Source: Candidatus Pacearchaeota archaeon
GTDB lineage: Archaea > Nanobdellota > Nanobdellia > Pacearchaeales > GW2011-AR1
Reading direction: 5' to 3'
NCBI GenBank assembly: GCA_018304105.1
Contig: JAGVWX010000019.1
Location: 65,411 to 129,410 of the forward strand
DNA length: 64,000 nt
A model generated the notes under the pieces. It was not told where the DNA came from, did no database searches, and saw nothing but the letters and a program-made list of their open reading frames with translations. Position 1 is the stretch's first letter. Each line of letters opens with the position of its first letter. Shown here in pieces: positions 38,603 to 46,212 of the stretch. The translations under genes were made by a program, and so were the position numbers.

Positions 38603-38610
38603 TTTTATAA
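38603..38610 (-). promoter_or_regulatory. TATA box (TTTATAAAA on minus strand)
   Basis: 24-31 nt upstream of the first nt of the leader copy (38579). Confidence 0.6.
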
Positions 38611-38630
38611 ACGTTTTCCTAAGGTAAAAA

Positions 38631-39068
38631 ATGGAAAATCGGCAATGGGTTATGAATGTTTTGGTTTTATTGACGGTAATTGAAGTTGTACTTATTGGTT
38701 TTTCATCTTATAAAACTGCCACTTCGACAGAAGGTTTTTGCGTTGTTGGCCAGGCAAATGGGGGATGCGATTCTGTGCAAAGTTCAGTTTATAGCGCTTT
38801 TCTTGGCGTGAAATTAAGTTATATGGGATTATTTTCTTTTTTAGTTTTGCTTGTTGTTTTAATTCGAGATATTAGAAAGAAAAGAATTTCTGATTTGTTT
38901 GTTGGTTTTGCTTTGGTTGGATTTTTGTTCTCTTCGTATCTGATTTACATTCAGCTTTTTGTGCTGAAGCAGATTTGCACGACGTGCATGATGGCTGATG
39001 GAATCGCAATATTAATTTTCTTTGTGAGTTTAATTGCGAGGAAGAAAGCGCCGTTGGTCTATCGGTAA
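38631..39068 (+). CDS. VKOR-family (vitamin K epoxide reductase-like) membrane thiol oxidoreductase
   Basis: 4 TM, loop Cys pair (CVVGQANGGC) and CTTC (CxxC) in a TM helix; last 21 nt overlap tRNA-Gly. Confidence 0.6.
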   Translation: MENRQWVMNVLVLLTVIEVVLIGFSSYKTATSTEGFCVVGQANGGCDSVQSSVYSAFLGVKLSYMGLFSFLVLLVVLIRDIRKKRISDLFVGFALVGFLFSSYLIYIQLFVLKQICTTCMMADGIAILIFFVSLIARKKAPLVYR

Positions 39069-39118
39069 GATTCGAGCTTCCCAAGCTCGCGTGGCGGGTT
39101 CGATTCCCGCACGGCGCA
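39048..39118 (+). tRNA. tRNA-Gly (anticodon CCC)
   Basis: GCGCCGT TG GTCT ATCGGTA AGAT T CGAGC TTCCCAA GCTCG CGTG GCGGG TTCGATT CCCGC ACGGCGC A. Confidence 0.9.
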
Positions 39119-39140
39119 TCCCAAAATTTAAATAGTTGTT

Positions 39141-39434
39141 ATGCATGAAGTTCATATGGTAAAAGTGGTGAAAAAGGGCGGGAAGAAAGAGGCGTTCGTT
39201 CCTAAGAAAATAAGGACTTCTGTTCAAATGGCTGCGAAAGAAGCGGGAATGGCTCCGAGACAGATTGGGGATTTGATAGAAGATGTGGCTGAGCCCGTGA
39301 TTAAACTTTATAGCAAGAGAAGAGTTGTTAAGACTGCGGATTTGAGAAGGTCGCTTCTTGGAAGGCTTGACAGAAAGGCGAAGAAAGTTTCTGCGGCTTG
39401 GAGAAGGCATGAACGGAAGAGAAAGAAGAAATAA
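39141..39434 (+). CDS. ATP-cone domain protein
   Basis: VVKKGGKKEAFVPKKIRTSVQMAAKEAG ... ATP-cone pattern, basic tail. Confidence 0.6.
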   Translation: MHEVHMVKVVKKGGKKEAFVPKKIRTSVQMAAKEAGMAPRQIGDLIEDVAEPVIKLYSKRRVVKTADLRRSLLGRLDRKAKKVSAAWRRHERKRKKK

Positions 39435-39553
39435 TTTGTTAGGTAAAAATGCCGAGTTTATATATCTGGGAATTTTTGGACCGTAATCTAAATTGTATTT
39501 ATCTTTCAACAGAAATGAATTACCTAAAAGATTAAATATGATTTTCTCTTGAT

Positions 39554-40000
39554 GTGATGATGAATAAAAAAGGGATGAGCATGATTGTTGTAGGTGTTTT
39601 GGTATTTTTTCTGGCCGTTATTTTGGCGATGGTCATTTATTGGAATATGAAGCAGGCGGTTCTTTATTTGGCCCCAGAGCCGGATGTCGATTGCTACGGG
39701 CTGGATTTTAATGCAAGTATTGTTCGCGGGCCTGGAGTGGATTATTTTGAAGTTGCCAATTTAGGGAATTTGCAAATTGTGGGATTTTATATAAAGCGTT
39801 TTGGAGATGGGGAGTTGTATACTTATGAAGAGATTGCTAAAATAATAGGGTCTGGAAAAGAAGATAGAATTGTATTGGAAAAAGATTATGGGCCTGGAAA
39901 ATATCTAATTGTTCCGAGAGTCGAGGGAGAGGATTTAGATGGACAGACATATCTTAGACCGTGCAAGGAAATTTATGGCTTGGGGATAGACCTTGAATAG
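39554..40000 (+). CDS. Secreted protein with pilin-like N-terminus
   Basis: MMNKKGMSMIVVGVLVFFLAVILAMV. Confidence 0.45.
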   Translation: MMMNKKGMSMIVVGVLVFFLAVILAMVIYWNMKQAVLYLAPEPDVDCYGLDFNASIVRGPGVDYFEVANLGNLQIVGFYIKRFGDGELYTYEEIAKIIGSGKEDRIVLEKDYGPGKYLIVPRVEGEDLDGQTYLRPCKEIYGLGIDLE

Positions 40001-40016
40001 AATTGTGGAGTTAAAT

Positions 40017-40236
40017 TTTGTTGAAAATCTTTTCTGGCAGTTTGTTATTTGCCCGCCACCCCGCCAATAATTATCATACCACCACACTGACGAGGTCATT
40101 CACTTCGTTCATGAGGCAGCAAGAGACGAGGTCAATGCTTACGCATTGAGGCAGCCGACCGACTTGTGAACAGATTCTTTTTACAGATAAATATAATGTT
40201 TTGTTAAATCGTATTTATTTGACTTTTTCAACAGAG
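40017..40236 (+). repeat. GC-core modular intergenic element, copy b (with two inserted hairpin modules)
   Basis: tttgttgaaaa (40017) ... ccaccccgcc (40056) ... modules 40087-40120 and 40121-40155 ... ccgaccgacttgtgaa ... tttatttgactttttcaacagag (to 40236). Confidence 0.75.
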
Positions 40237-40282
40237 CCTGTGAGTTAGAAAAATTTATAAATCTCCTGAATTGAGAAGTACC

Positions 40283-40774
40283 ATGAAAAAGATTTTTTTG
40301 ATTGGAGCGGCCATTGTTGTGCTGTTAGCGGTAATCTCTTTTGGGGGTTACGCGGTTGGGCATTTCATTTCTAATGGAATTGATGAAACCGAGTATGACT
40401 CGTTAGTGCAGGAAAAGTCGGTCCTGGAAGGCAAGGTCACCGAGTTGACTACCTTAAGTTCTGATGTGAGCCAGCAGATGGTTTCTTTGAGGTCAGAGAA
40501 CAATAAATTGAAAAATCAGTTGCAGCAGCTGCAGGATGACATAGATAATTCTCAAGACGAATGCAACGATTTACAGAATGAGAAAGATGATTTTGAAACT
40601 GAAATAGAAGACCTTGAAACTGAAATAAGCGACCTGGAGCAAGAAATAGAAGATGCCAATGAAGATGAGGTTCAGGATTTGGAAGACGAACTTCAGGAAA
40701 AGCAGGATGATTTAGACCAGCTAAATGAAGATCTTGACGATAATGAAAATGAGTTGGACGATTTGAATTGCTAG
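40283..40774 (+). CDS. Membrane-anchored, extremely acidic coiled-coil protein
   Basis: MKKIFLIGAAIVV TM, then heptad-like DLETEIEDLETEISDLEQEIED repeats. Confidence 0.55.
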   Translation: MKKIFLIGAAIVVLLAVISFGGYAVGHFISNGIDETEYDSLVQEKSVLEGKVTELTTLSSDVSQQMVSLRSENNKLKNQLQQLQDDIDNSQDECNDLQNEKDDFETEIEDLETEISDLEQEIEDANEDEVQDLEDELQEKQDDLDQLNEDLDDNENELDDLNC

Positions 40775-40898
40775 ACTTTTAGTTGCCTGTCGATGTTTTT
40801 TTCTGTTGTATTTTTAGCGTGTTAAAAATAGCTTAAATTTGCACGAATGCTAATTAATAACCGAAGGAACCCGAAGAGAGGACAGTATTTTGACTGGC

Positions 40899-41068
40899 CC
40901 ATAAGATTTAGAATGAATCATTATAGTCCATAGGAATCTGAATGAATCATTATAGTCCATAGGAATCTGAATGAATCATTATAGTCCATAGGAATCTGAA
41001 TGAATCATTTGAATGAATCATTATAGTCCATAGGAATCTGAATGAATCATCATAATCCATAAGATTCT
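40899..41068. repeat. Tandem array of 29-bp unit gaatgaatcattatagtccataggaatct
   Basis: Perfect units at 40911, 40940, 40969, 41011; 12-nt partial at 40998; degenerate units at 40899 and 41040-41068, the latter encoding the last codons and stop of the wHTH gene. Confidence 0.9.
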
Positions 41069-41319
41069 GAAAGAATTATAATCTTGTTGTATTCCTGGAG
41101 AAATTCTTCGCCTTTTTTTGTGATTATAAAATATTTTTTGCCGGCTTCCTCTTTTGATTCCATGAGTTTGTTGTTTATGAGTTCCTCTAGGTAAGGCTTG
41201 ATGCTGTTATTGGAAAGATTTGCTTTGTATATCAGATGAGTTATCTTCGCCTGCTTACCTTTCTTTAGAACTTCTAGGAGGTCTTTGATTACCTCTAACT
41301 TGGTTCTTTTCTTTGCCAT
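41050..41319 (-). CDS. Small winged-helix DNA-binding protein
   Basis: 89 aa; KITHLIYKANLSNNSIKPYLEELINNKLMES...KYFIITKKGEEFL. Confidence 0.6.
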   Translation of the reverse strand: MAKKRTKLEVIKDLLEVLKKGKQAKITHLIYKANLSNNSIKPYLEELINNKLMESKEEAGKKYFIITKKGEEFLQEYNKIIILSESYGL

Positions 41320-41986
41320 TTTTTATTTTCGTGTGATTAACGAGAAGGATTAGGAAGCCGATGAAGACGAAAATTTCTCCGAGCAAGTAAACGAAGACGT
41401 GCAAGCCGTAAAATAAGTCAATGGCGTGACTAATAAGAATGAAAAGGAAGGCGAGGTAAACTTTGTAGCTGTTCTGCGAGTTTGTTCTTTTGTAATTCTT
41501 GTAGAAAAATATTGTAAGGGCTGTGAGGATAACTATTAGTGTAATGTGAAAAATGAAGTTGAAATAAATGCTGAATAAGACAGTGATGACAGCGAAGTAA
41601 GAATAGAGAACTATGTCTTCTTTCTTGTTTGTCCTCGTGGTAATCAGAAACAGGATTAAGAATCCGACTAGGAGAAATATTTTATAAAACGTGAAACCGA
41701 AAAAGTTGATAAGCTGCATTTCCTGAAGTTCACGCGTTATTGAAATTATAAAATTAGCGCGCTCGAAGATAACTTCGTGGACTATCGTTAGGTTTGCGAT
41801 TATTTTTGAGAGGAATGCAATGCCGATGGACAAAAATGCCCATGAAAAGAATTTGTAATTTTTTTCGTTGATTAGCTTGTAAACCCTGCTACTTTGGTAT
41901 GCGATGAGAAATGCGACAAGCGCTATAAGAAAATCCAAGGCGGAATCTATTCCGTAAAAAGAGCCGAGGGAAAAGTTGAGAGCCAT
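41255..41986 (-). CDS. Polytopic membrane protein
   Basis: 243 aa, about 7 TM; 3' end overlaps the wHTH gene by 65 nt. Confidence 0.55.
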   Translation of the reverse strand: MALNFSLGSFYGIDSALDFLIALVAFLIAYQSSRVYKLINEKNYKFFSWAFLSIGIAFLSKIIANLTIVHEVIFERANFIISITRELQEMQLINFFGFTFYKIFLLVGFLILFLITTRTNKKEDIVLYSYFAVITVLFSIYFNFIFHITLIVILTALTIFFYKNYKRTNSQNSYKVYLAFLFILISHAIDLFYGLHVFVYLLGEIFVFIGFLILLVNHTKIKNGKEKNQVRGNQRPPRSSKER

Positions 41987-42093
41987 GCTAATTTAATCTG
42001 ATTTTCATTTAAAAACTTTGTGAATTTGTATTCTGTATCCTTCCTTCCTATTTGATTTAAATATTCTTTCTTTAATTTTTTGAGGAGGCAATA

Positions 42094-42267
42094 ATGGCGA
42101 ACAAAACACAACAGGTCCTTGAAGAAGACGAATTGAGTCTTTTGAGAAAGCAGACGCTTAGCCAGGAAGAATTGTTCCTGCTGCAATATTTGAAGAACAC
42201 GAACAGAACTGCATCTCGAAGGCTCCAGGAAGTTTACGAATTGGACTTTGATTTATTGGATGAATAA
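42094..42267 (+). CDS. Small acidic protein (57 aa, below track cutoff)
   Basis: Strong RBS gaggagg 7 nt upstream of ATG; MANKTQQVLEEDELSLLRKQTLSQEELFLLQYLKNTNRTASRRLQEVYELDFDLLDE*. Confidence 0.5.
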   Translation: MANKTQQVLEEDELSLLRKQTLSQEELFLLQYLKNTNRTASRRLQEVYELDFDLLDE

Positions 42268-42723
42268 TTTTCTTTTTCTTTTTCGTTCTATTAAAATAGC
42301 CAGATAGTTAATGTGAATGTGGTCATATTAATGAGACCTTACGACATAAGATATCACCCAGCCCAATGCTAAGGGGTTGTGAACTTGCCTATTGCTTGTT
42401 TTAAGTGTGGGCTGCCTTCGGTTTTTCGGTTATTATTGTATGTTACAGACAGATAAAAAATTAGGTGATTAGGTATTTAACGGACCAATTTTAAACAATA
42501 TAATGACGATAAAATATCTGAAAATGTGTCTAGACAACAGAAATGCGAACATTAAAGTAATGAACCTTAAGATAGATATTAATTATCTAAGGTTTATCGA
42601 CGCTATTTGATAATTATTGAAATGAATCTAACAGTCATGTGGGCTTATTTGTATATTACTTAGTCCGTATTTGCACTAATCACCAAAAATTATTTTGGCT
42701 AGTTTGTGAATGGGATTTTTCTT

Positions 42724-42915
42724 TTAATAAACTAATACCGAGATTAGAAGGATTAATCCGATAAGGGCTTCAATCATTCCGATGAACTTTAGGTTGGATT
42801 CTTTCCTGATGAGTTTCTTGATTGCTTTTGTGGTTTGTTTTGGAAGTGTAAGGAAGAGCATTCCTTCTAGAAGCAGAATTGCTGCGAATACAATTACGAG
42901 TGTTTGCCACACCAT
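42724..42915 (-). CDS. Small 2-TM membrane protein (DUF2065-like)
   Basis: 63 aa. Confidence 0.4.
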   Translation of the reverse strand: MVWQTLVIVFAAILLLEGMLFLTLPKQTTKAIKKLIRKESNLKFIGMIEALIGLILLISVLVY

Positions 42916-43033
42916 GTTTTTTGAAAACTTGGGGAATATAAAAATGTTTGCAGATGATAGTGACTTTAATTATTGATTAGAATTTCAACAGAGATGATGA
43001 TAGTTTTAAAAACATCTTTTTCTATTTTTTCCG

Positions 43034-43675
43034 ATGAATGCACCAGAATATCATTCTAACAAACCGAAAAGCAAAAACGTTATTATTAATTTTTGGAGAT
43101 TTTTGCAGGAAGACAGCTGGCAGTCGTGGCTGGTTTCTTTGGTCTTGCTTGTTGTTTTGATTAGGTTTGTTTTTTTTCCGCTACTGAGTTTAGTTACGGG
43201 AAGTTCGCTGCCGTTAGTTGTTATTGAATCATGTTCGATGTATCACGAGTCGAGCTTTGATAGTTGGTGGAATGAGCATTCAGAATGGTACGAAGCAAAC
43301 GGAATAGAAAAAACAGATTTTGAAAAGTTTCCTTTCAGGAACGGCTTGAATAAAGGAGATATTATTTTTGTTTGGGGATATTCGAACTATAAATCTGGAG
43401 ATATTATTATTTTTGAGCCGAATCTGGGGTCGAGCGCGCTGCATCCAATAATTCACAGAGTTGTTGCAGAAGGGCCCTATCAGACTAAGGGAGACCACAA
43501 TTTTGCACAGCTTGTTGGAGGAGATCCGGCAAACTCGCAGAATATTGATGAAACTAATATTGACAAAGAGCAGATAATCGGGAAGTCTGTTTTCAGGATT
43601 CCTTATCTTGGATGGATTAAGCTTGTTTTCTTTGAGCCTTTTAGATTGAGCGGAGATAGGGGATTGTGTAGTTAG
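43034..43675 (+). CDS. Signal peptidase I, archaeal/ER type (S26B)
   Basis: ESCSM (Ser), GDIIIF, IIHRVV (His), KGDHN motifs. Confidence 0.8.
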   Translation: MNAPEYHSNKPKSKNVIINFWRFLQEDSWQSWLVSLVLLVVLIRFVFFPLLSLVTGSSLPLVVIESCSMYHESSFDSWWNEHSEWYEANGIEKTDFEKFPFRNGLNKGDIIFVWGYSNYKSGDIIIFEPNLGSSALHPIIHRVVAEGPYQTKGDHNFAQLVGGDPANSQNIDETNIDKEQIIGKSVFRIPYLGWIKLVFFEPFRLSGDRGLCS

Positions 43676-43716
43676 TTACTTTCAAGTAATACTAAGATTA
43701 TATATAGAAGTGCTGC

Positions 43717-44001
43717 TTGAGTGGTGGAATGGTGTTGGAGTTTAATCCTAACGGCAGCATAAAAATGCCGCAAAGGGGTAGGAAGCTGGTGGTTTCTGAG
43801 AAGGTTGGGAAGAGCGAGGGAGTGGCTGTTGTTAGGGGCAGTAGTGAAGATGAAGTGCATCCCGTGATTGAGATTAAATGCCCGAAATGCAAAAATATGA
43901 AATCTTATTTCTGGACGATGCAAACTCGCGCGAGTGATGAATCAGAGACGAAATTTTACAAGTGCATCAAGTGCAAGCACACTTGGAGAGTTTATAGATA
44001 A
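43717..44001 (+). CDS. TFIIS-type C-terminal Zn-ribbon protein (TFS/RpoM-like paralog)
   Basis: CPKCKNMKSYFWTMQTRASDESETKFYKCIKCKHTWR; no N-terminal Cys ribbon. Confidence 0.75.
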   Translation: MSGGMVLEFNPNGSIKMPQRGRKLVVSEKVGKSEGVAVVRGSSEDEVHPVIEIKCPKCKNMKSYFWTMQTRASDESETKFYKCIKCKHTWRVYR

Positions 44002-44164
44002 TTTTTGGTAAGAAAGAAAAAATAAAAAATCAAATAATCTTATTTGTTTAGAACGAGCTAGTTGAAAGAAACCCTAAGTGGTTTTAACCCGAAGATTGAA
44101 TTTCAACAGCGACAAAAGCGAGTCCGTAATATTTTTCTTTTGAAATAAATAAGCCCACCGCATC

Positions 44165-44725
44165 CTCTGATGTAGTAGCTACTATTCGGTTCTAATTAAA
44201 TTTTACGGGAGGTGAAAATGGAAAAGGAACTGATAGTTAGCAGTGGTGCCGTCGGAGAAAGTAACTTTCACATTCAGCTGACACCAGCTTACCGAAGACC
44301 AATTTTTGAAAATGAGCAAACAGCTGAGTTGACGTTTGGTTACATTCTGGAAAAATTGTCTGAGCTAAAAGTTGTAATTGTCGCTTACAATTATGGGCCA
44401 GATCATTTGCATTTGTTTGTTGCAAATGTGAGATTTGTCAGCGAAGTAGAACTTGTCAGACAAATCAAAGGTTACAGCTCTTTCAAGATGCGAAGGCACT
44501 TTAGTTATCTTTTCGAAGATAAACTTTGGGGAGATAAGTTTTGGAGTGAGGGGCATTTCTATCGCAGCGTCGGTGCTGTGAACAAAGAGACGATGAAGCA
44601 CTACATCGAAGATTGTCAGGACAAGCATTGGGAAAAAATTGAAAGGCCAAAGTTTGTCGACTTATCTCAAAAGAGACTTGTTGATTTTTCGTCCTAAAAC
44701 GCTCGGGGCTTTAGCCCCGAGTAGT
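44165..44725 (+). mobile_element. IS200-like element or domesticated Y1 transposase locus (boundaries approximate)
   Basis: Perfect palindrome tagtagctacta (44173-44184) upstream and hairpin ctcggggc-ttta-gccccgag (44702-44721) downstream of tnpA. Confidence 0.55.
44212..44697 (+). CDS. tnpA: IS200/IS605-family Y1 (HUH) transposase TnpA
   Basis: DHLHLFV (HUH), IKGYSSFKMRRHF, FWSEGHFYRSVG...ETMKHYIE; probable ATG 44218 after RBS gggaggtg. Confidence 0.8.
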   Translation: MKMEKELIVSSGAVGESNFHIQLTPAYRRPIFENEQTAELTFGYILEKLSELKVVIVAYNYGPDHLHLFVANVRFVSEVELVRQIKGYSSFKMRRHFSYLFEDKLWGDKFWSEGHFYRSVGAVNKETMKHYIEDCQDKHWEKIERPKFVDLSQKRLVDFSS

Positions 44726-44968
44726 TTACACTTGTATGTTCATGGTCGTTTTGGTTTTAAATTGACTCCAAATAGAAATTATAATTATTTGGGTATTGAT
44801 GCTATGCTTGGAGTTCGTATGATGGATAATATTGACCCGGCCAAAGATAGTCGCTCTAGTTCTAGATATGGTGCATTTGTAAGTGAGCTCAATGCTGCTT
44901 TGAGTTAGTTATTATCTAAAAGTAGTTACATTCGTAAGGTTTAAAAATAGCTTCTAGTTTTCTTTTCT

Positions 44969-45517
44969 ATGATAAATTGGCACGAAATAGACAGAGAATT
45001 AATTGGAAGGGGCGTTGATGTTAATCGTATTGCTGATGCTTTAGGAAAACCTCTTGAACCAAGAATCAAACCTCTTGTTATGGCTTTGAATTATCGAGGT
45101 TATCATACTTGCGGGTCGTGTGAAGGCCATACTCTTGCCGAAAAAGAAAAAAGAATGGCTGACAAGGTTGCTTCTGGCGAGGCAAAACTTGTTTTTAGAG
45201 CGCCACGCGGTTTAACATACGAAAGGAAAACGCAAGGCGGAATAGTTTATCATGATACTTTTCATGAAAGCCCCTGGGCAGATTTTGATGTAATTAGCGA
45301 ATCGCAAGTAAGAAGATTTACAAGAGCATTGAATATACATAATGAAATTGATGAAGTCCAATGGAGTCATCATTTGTATAATCGTGGTAAAGAAATAAGT
45401 GCGAATCTCGTTAGCCCTGGTGAAGTGGTTCGCATGGAAACAGTCCCGAGATATTCTTTGTCAGTTATGCAAGCAAGTATCCCCCGATTTGCTGAGAATG
45501 TGATTAGGTTTGGTTAG
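44969..45517 (+). CDS. Hypothetical protein (orphan)
   Basis: 182 aa; CGSCEGH motif; converges on and overlaps the GGDEF gene by 4 nt. Confidence 0.45.
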   Translation: MINWHEIDRELIGRGVDVNRIADALGKPLEPRIKPLVMALNYRGYHTCGSCEGHTLAEKEKRMADKVASGEAKLVFRAPRGLTYERKTQGGIVYHDTFHESPWADFDVISESQVRRFTRALNIHNEIDEVQWSHHLYNRGKEISANLVSPGEVVRMETVPRYSLSVMQASIPRFAENVIRFG

Positions 45518-46059
45518 GTAATTTTCACGCAATTTCTTCCAGCCTTTTTTGCCTGATAAAGCGCGGCATCTGCACGCTTTGACATTCTTTCTAAATTGTC
45601 TTTTGGCTTGTATTCTGTGACGCCTAGCGAGATTGTAATCTTATATTTTTTGAGATAGCTTTCTGATAGGACAGATTTTCTCAGGCGCTCTGCGATGAGT
45701 CTTGCTCTTTGAGTTTTTGTGTTTGGAAGCATAATCAAGAATTCTTCGCCTCCAAATCTTGCGACTACGTCGTATTTTCTTACTTGGTGTTGGAGAAGCT
45801 GCGCGAGCTTGAGAAGTATTTTGTCGGCTTGCAAGTGACCGAAAGAGTCGTTTATTTTCTTGAAGAAGTCTATGTCAATAACAATAAGGGAGAGAGGTTT
45901 GCCTCTTCTGGCTTTGTCAAGTTCAAATGAGAAAACGTCTTTGAAGAATGAATGGTTGTATAAGCTGGTTTTCTCGTCGTGGGTTGCGATGTGATAGAGC
46001 TTGCTGACGTCTAAATTAATTTTGTCTAAAAGAGATTTTAAGGACGCTTCTTTTTTCAT
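45514..46059 (-). CDS. Stand-alone GGDEF-domain diguanylate cyclase
   Basis: TSLYNH.F, IDIDFFKKINDSFGH, RKYD (RxxD I-site) five residues before RFGGEEF, ADAALYQAKKAGRN. Confidence 0.85.
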   Translation of the reverse strand: MKKEASLKSLLDKINLDVSKLYHIATHDEKTSLYNHSFFKDVFSFELDKARRGKPLSLIVIDIDFFKKINDSFGHLQADKILLKLAQLLQHQVRKYDVVARFGGEEFLIMLPNTKTQRARLIAERLRKSVLSESYLKKYKITISLGVTEYKPKDNLERMSKRADAALYQAKKAGRNCVKIT

Positions 46060-46103
46060 GGTTTTAATTAGGTAACTTGGTTAATAAGTTTTTGGTAGGT
46101 AAT

Positions 46104-46111
46104 TTTAAAAA
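46104..46111 (+). promoter_or_regulatory. TATA box (TTTTAAAA)
   Basis: 24-31 nt upstream of the first nt of the leader copy (46135). Confidence 0.6.
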
Positions 46112-46134
46112 CACCTTTCTTGTTTTCTAAGTAT

Positions 46135-46212
46135 GGCCCCGTAGCTCAGTCTGGTTAAGTCCGCTCTCGGCAGAGAGTCTTGGAAACCACACCTCGCTAG
46201 GAATGCCATGAA
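46135..46212 (+). other. tRNA-Lys 5'-half-like leader element
   Basis: GGCCCCGTAGCTCAGTCTGGTTA (22/23 identical to the tRNA 5' end) + AGTCCG CTCTC-GGCA-GAGAG TCTTGGAAACCACAC CTCGCTAGGAATGCCATGAA. Confidence 0.85.

Noticed and set aside
39030-39509. 159-aa minus-strand ORF
   Set aside because: It is antisense to the ATP-cone gene, runs across tRNA-Gly, and has an implausible S/R/F/L-rich translation.
40899-41068. 29-bp repeats as a possible CRISPR array
   Set aside because: The units are directly abutting with no spacers, there are no cas genes in the window, and the last unit is part of a coding sequence. It is a plain tandem repeat.
41947-42186. 79-aa minus-strand ORF
   Set aside because: It has no RBS or TATA. 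The opposite strand carries a 57-aa ORF (42094..42267) with a strong GAGGAGG RBS, which is the more credible gene.
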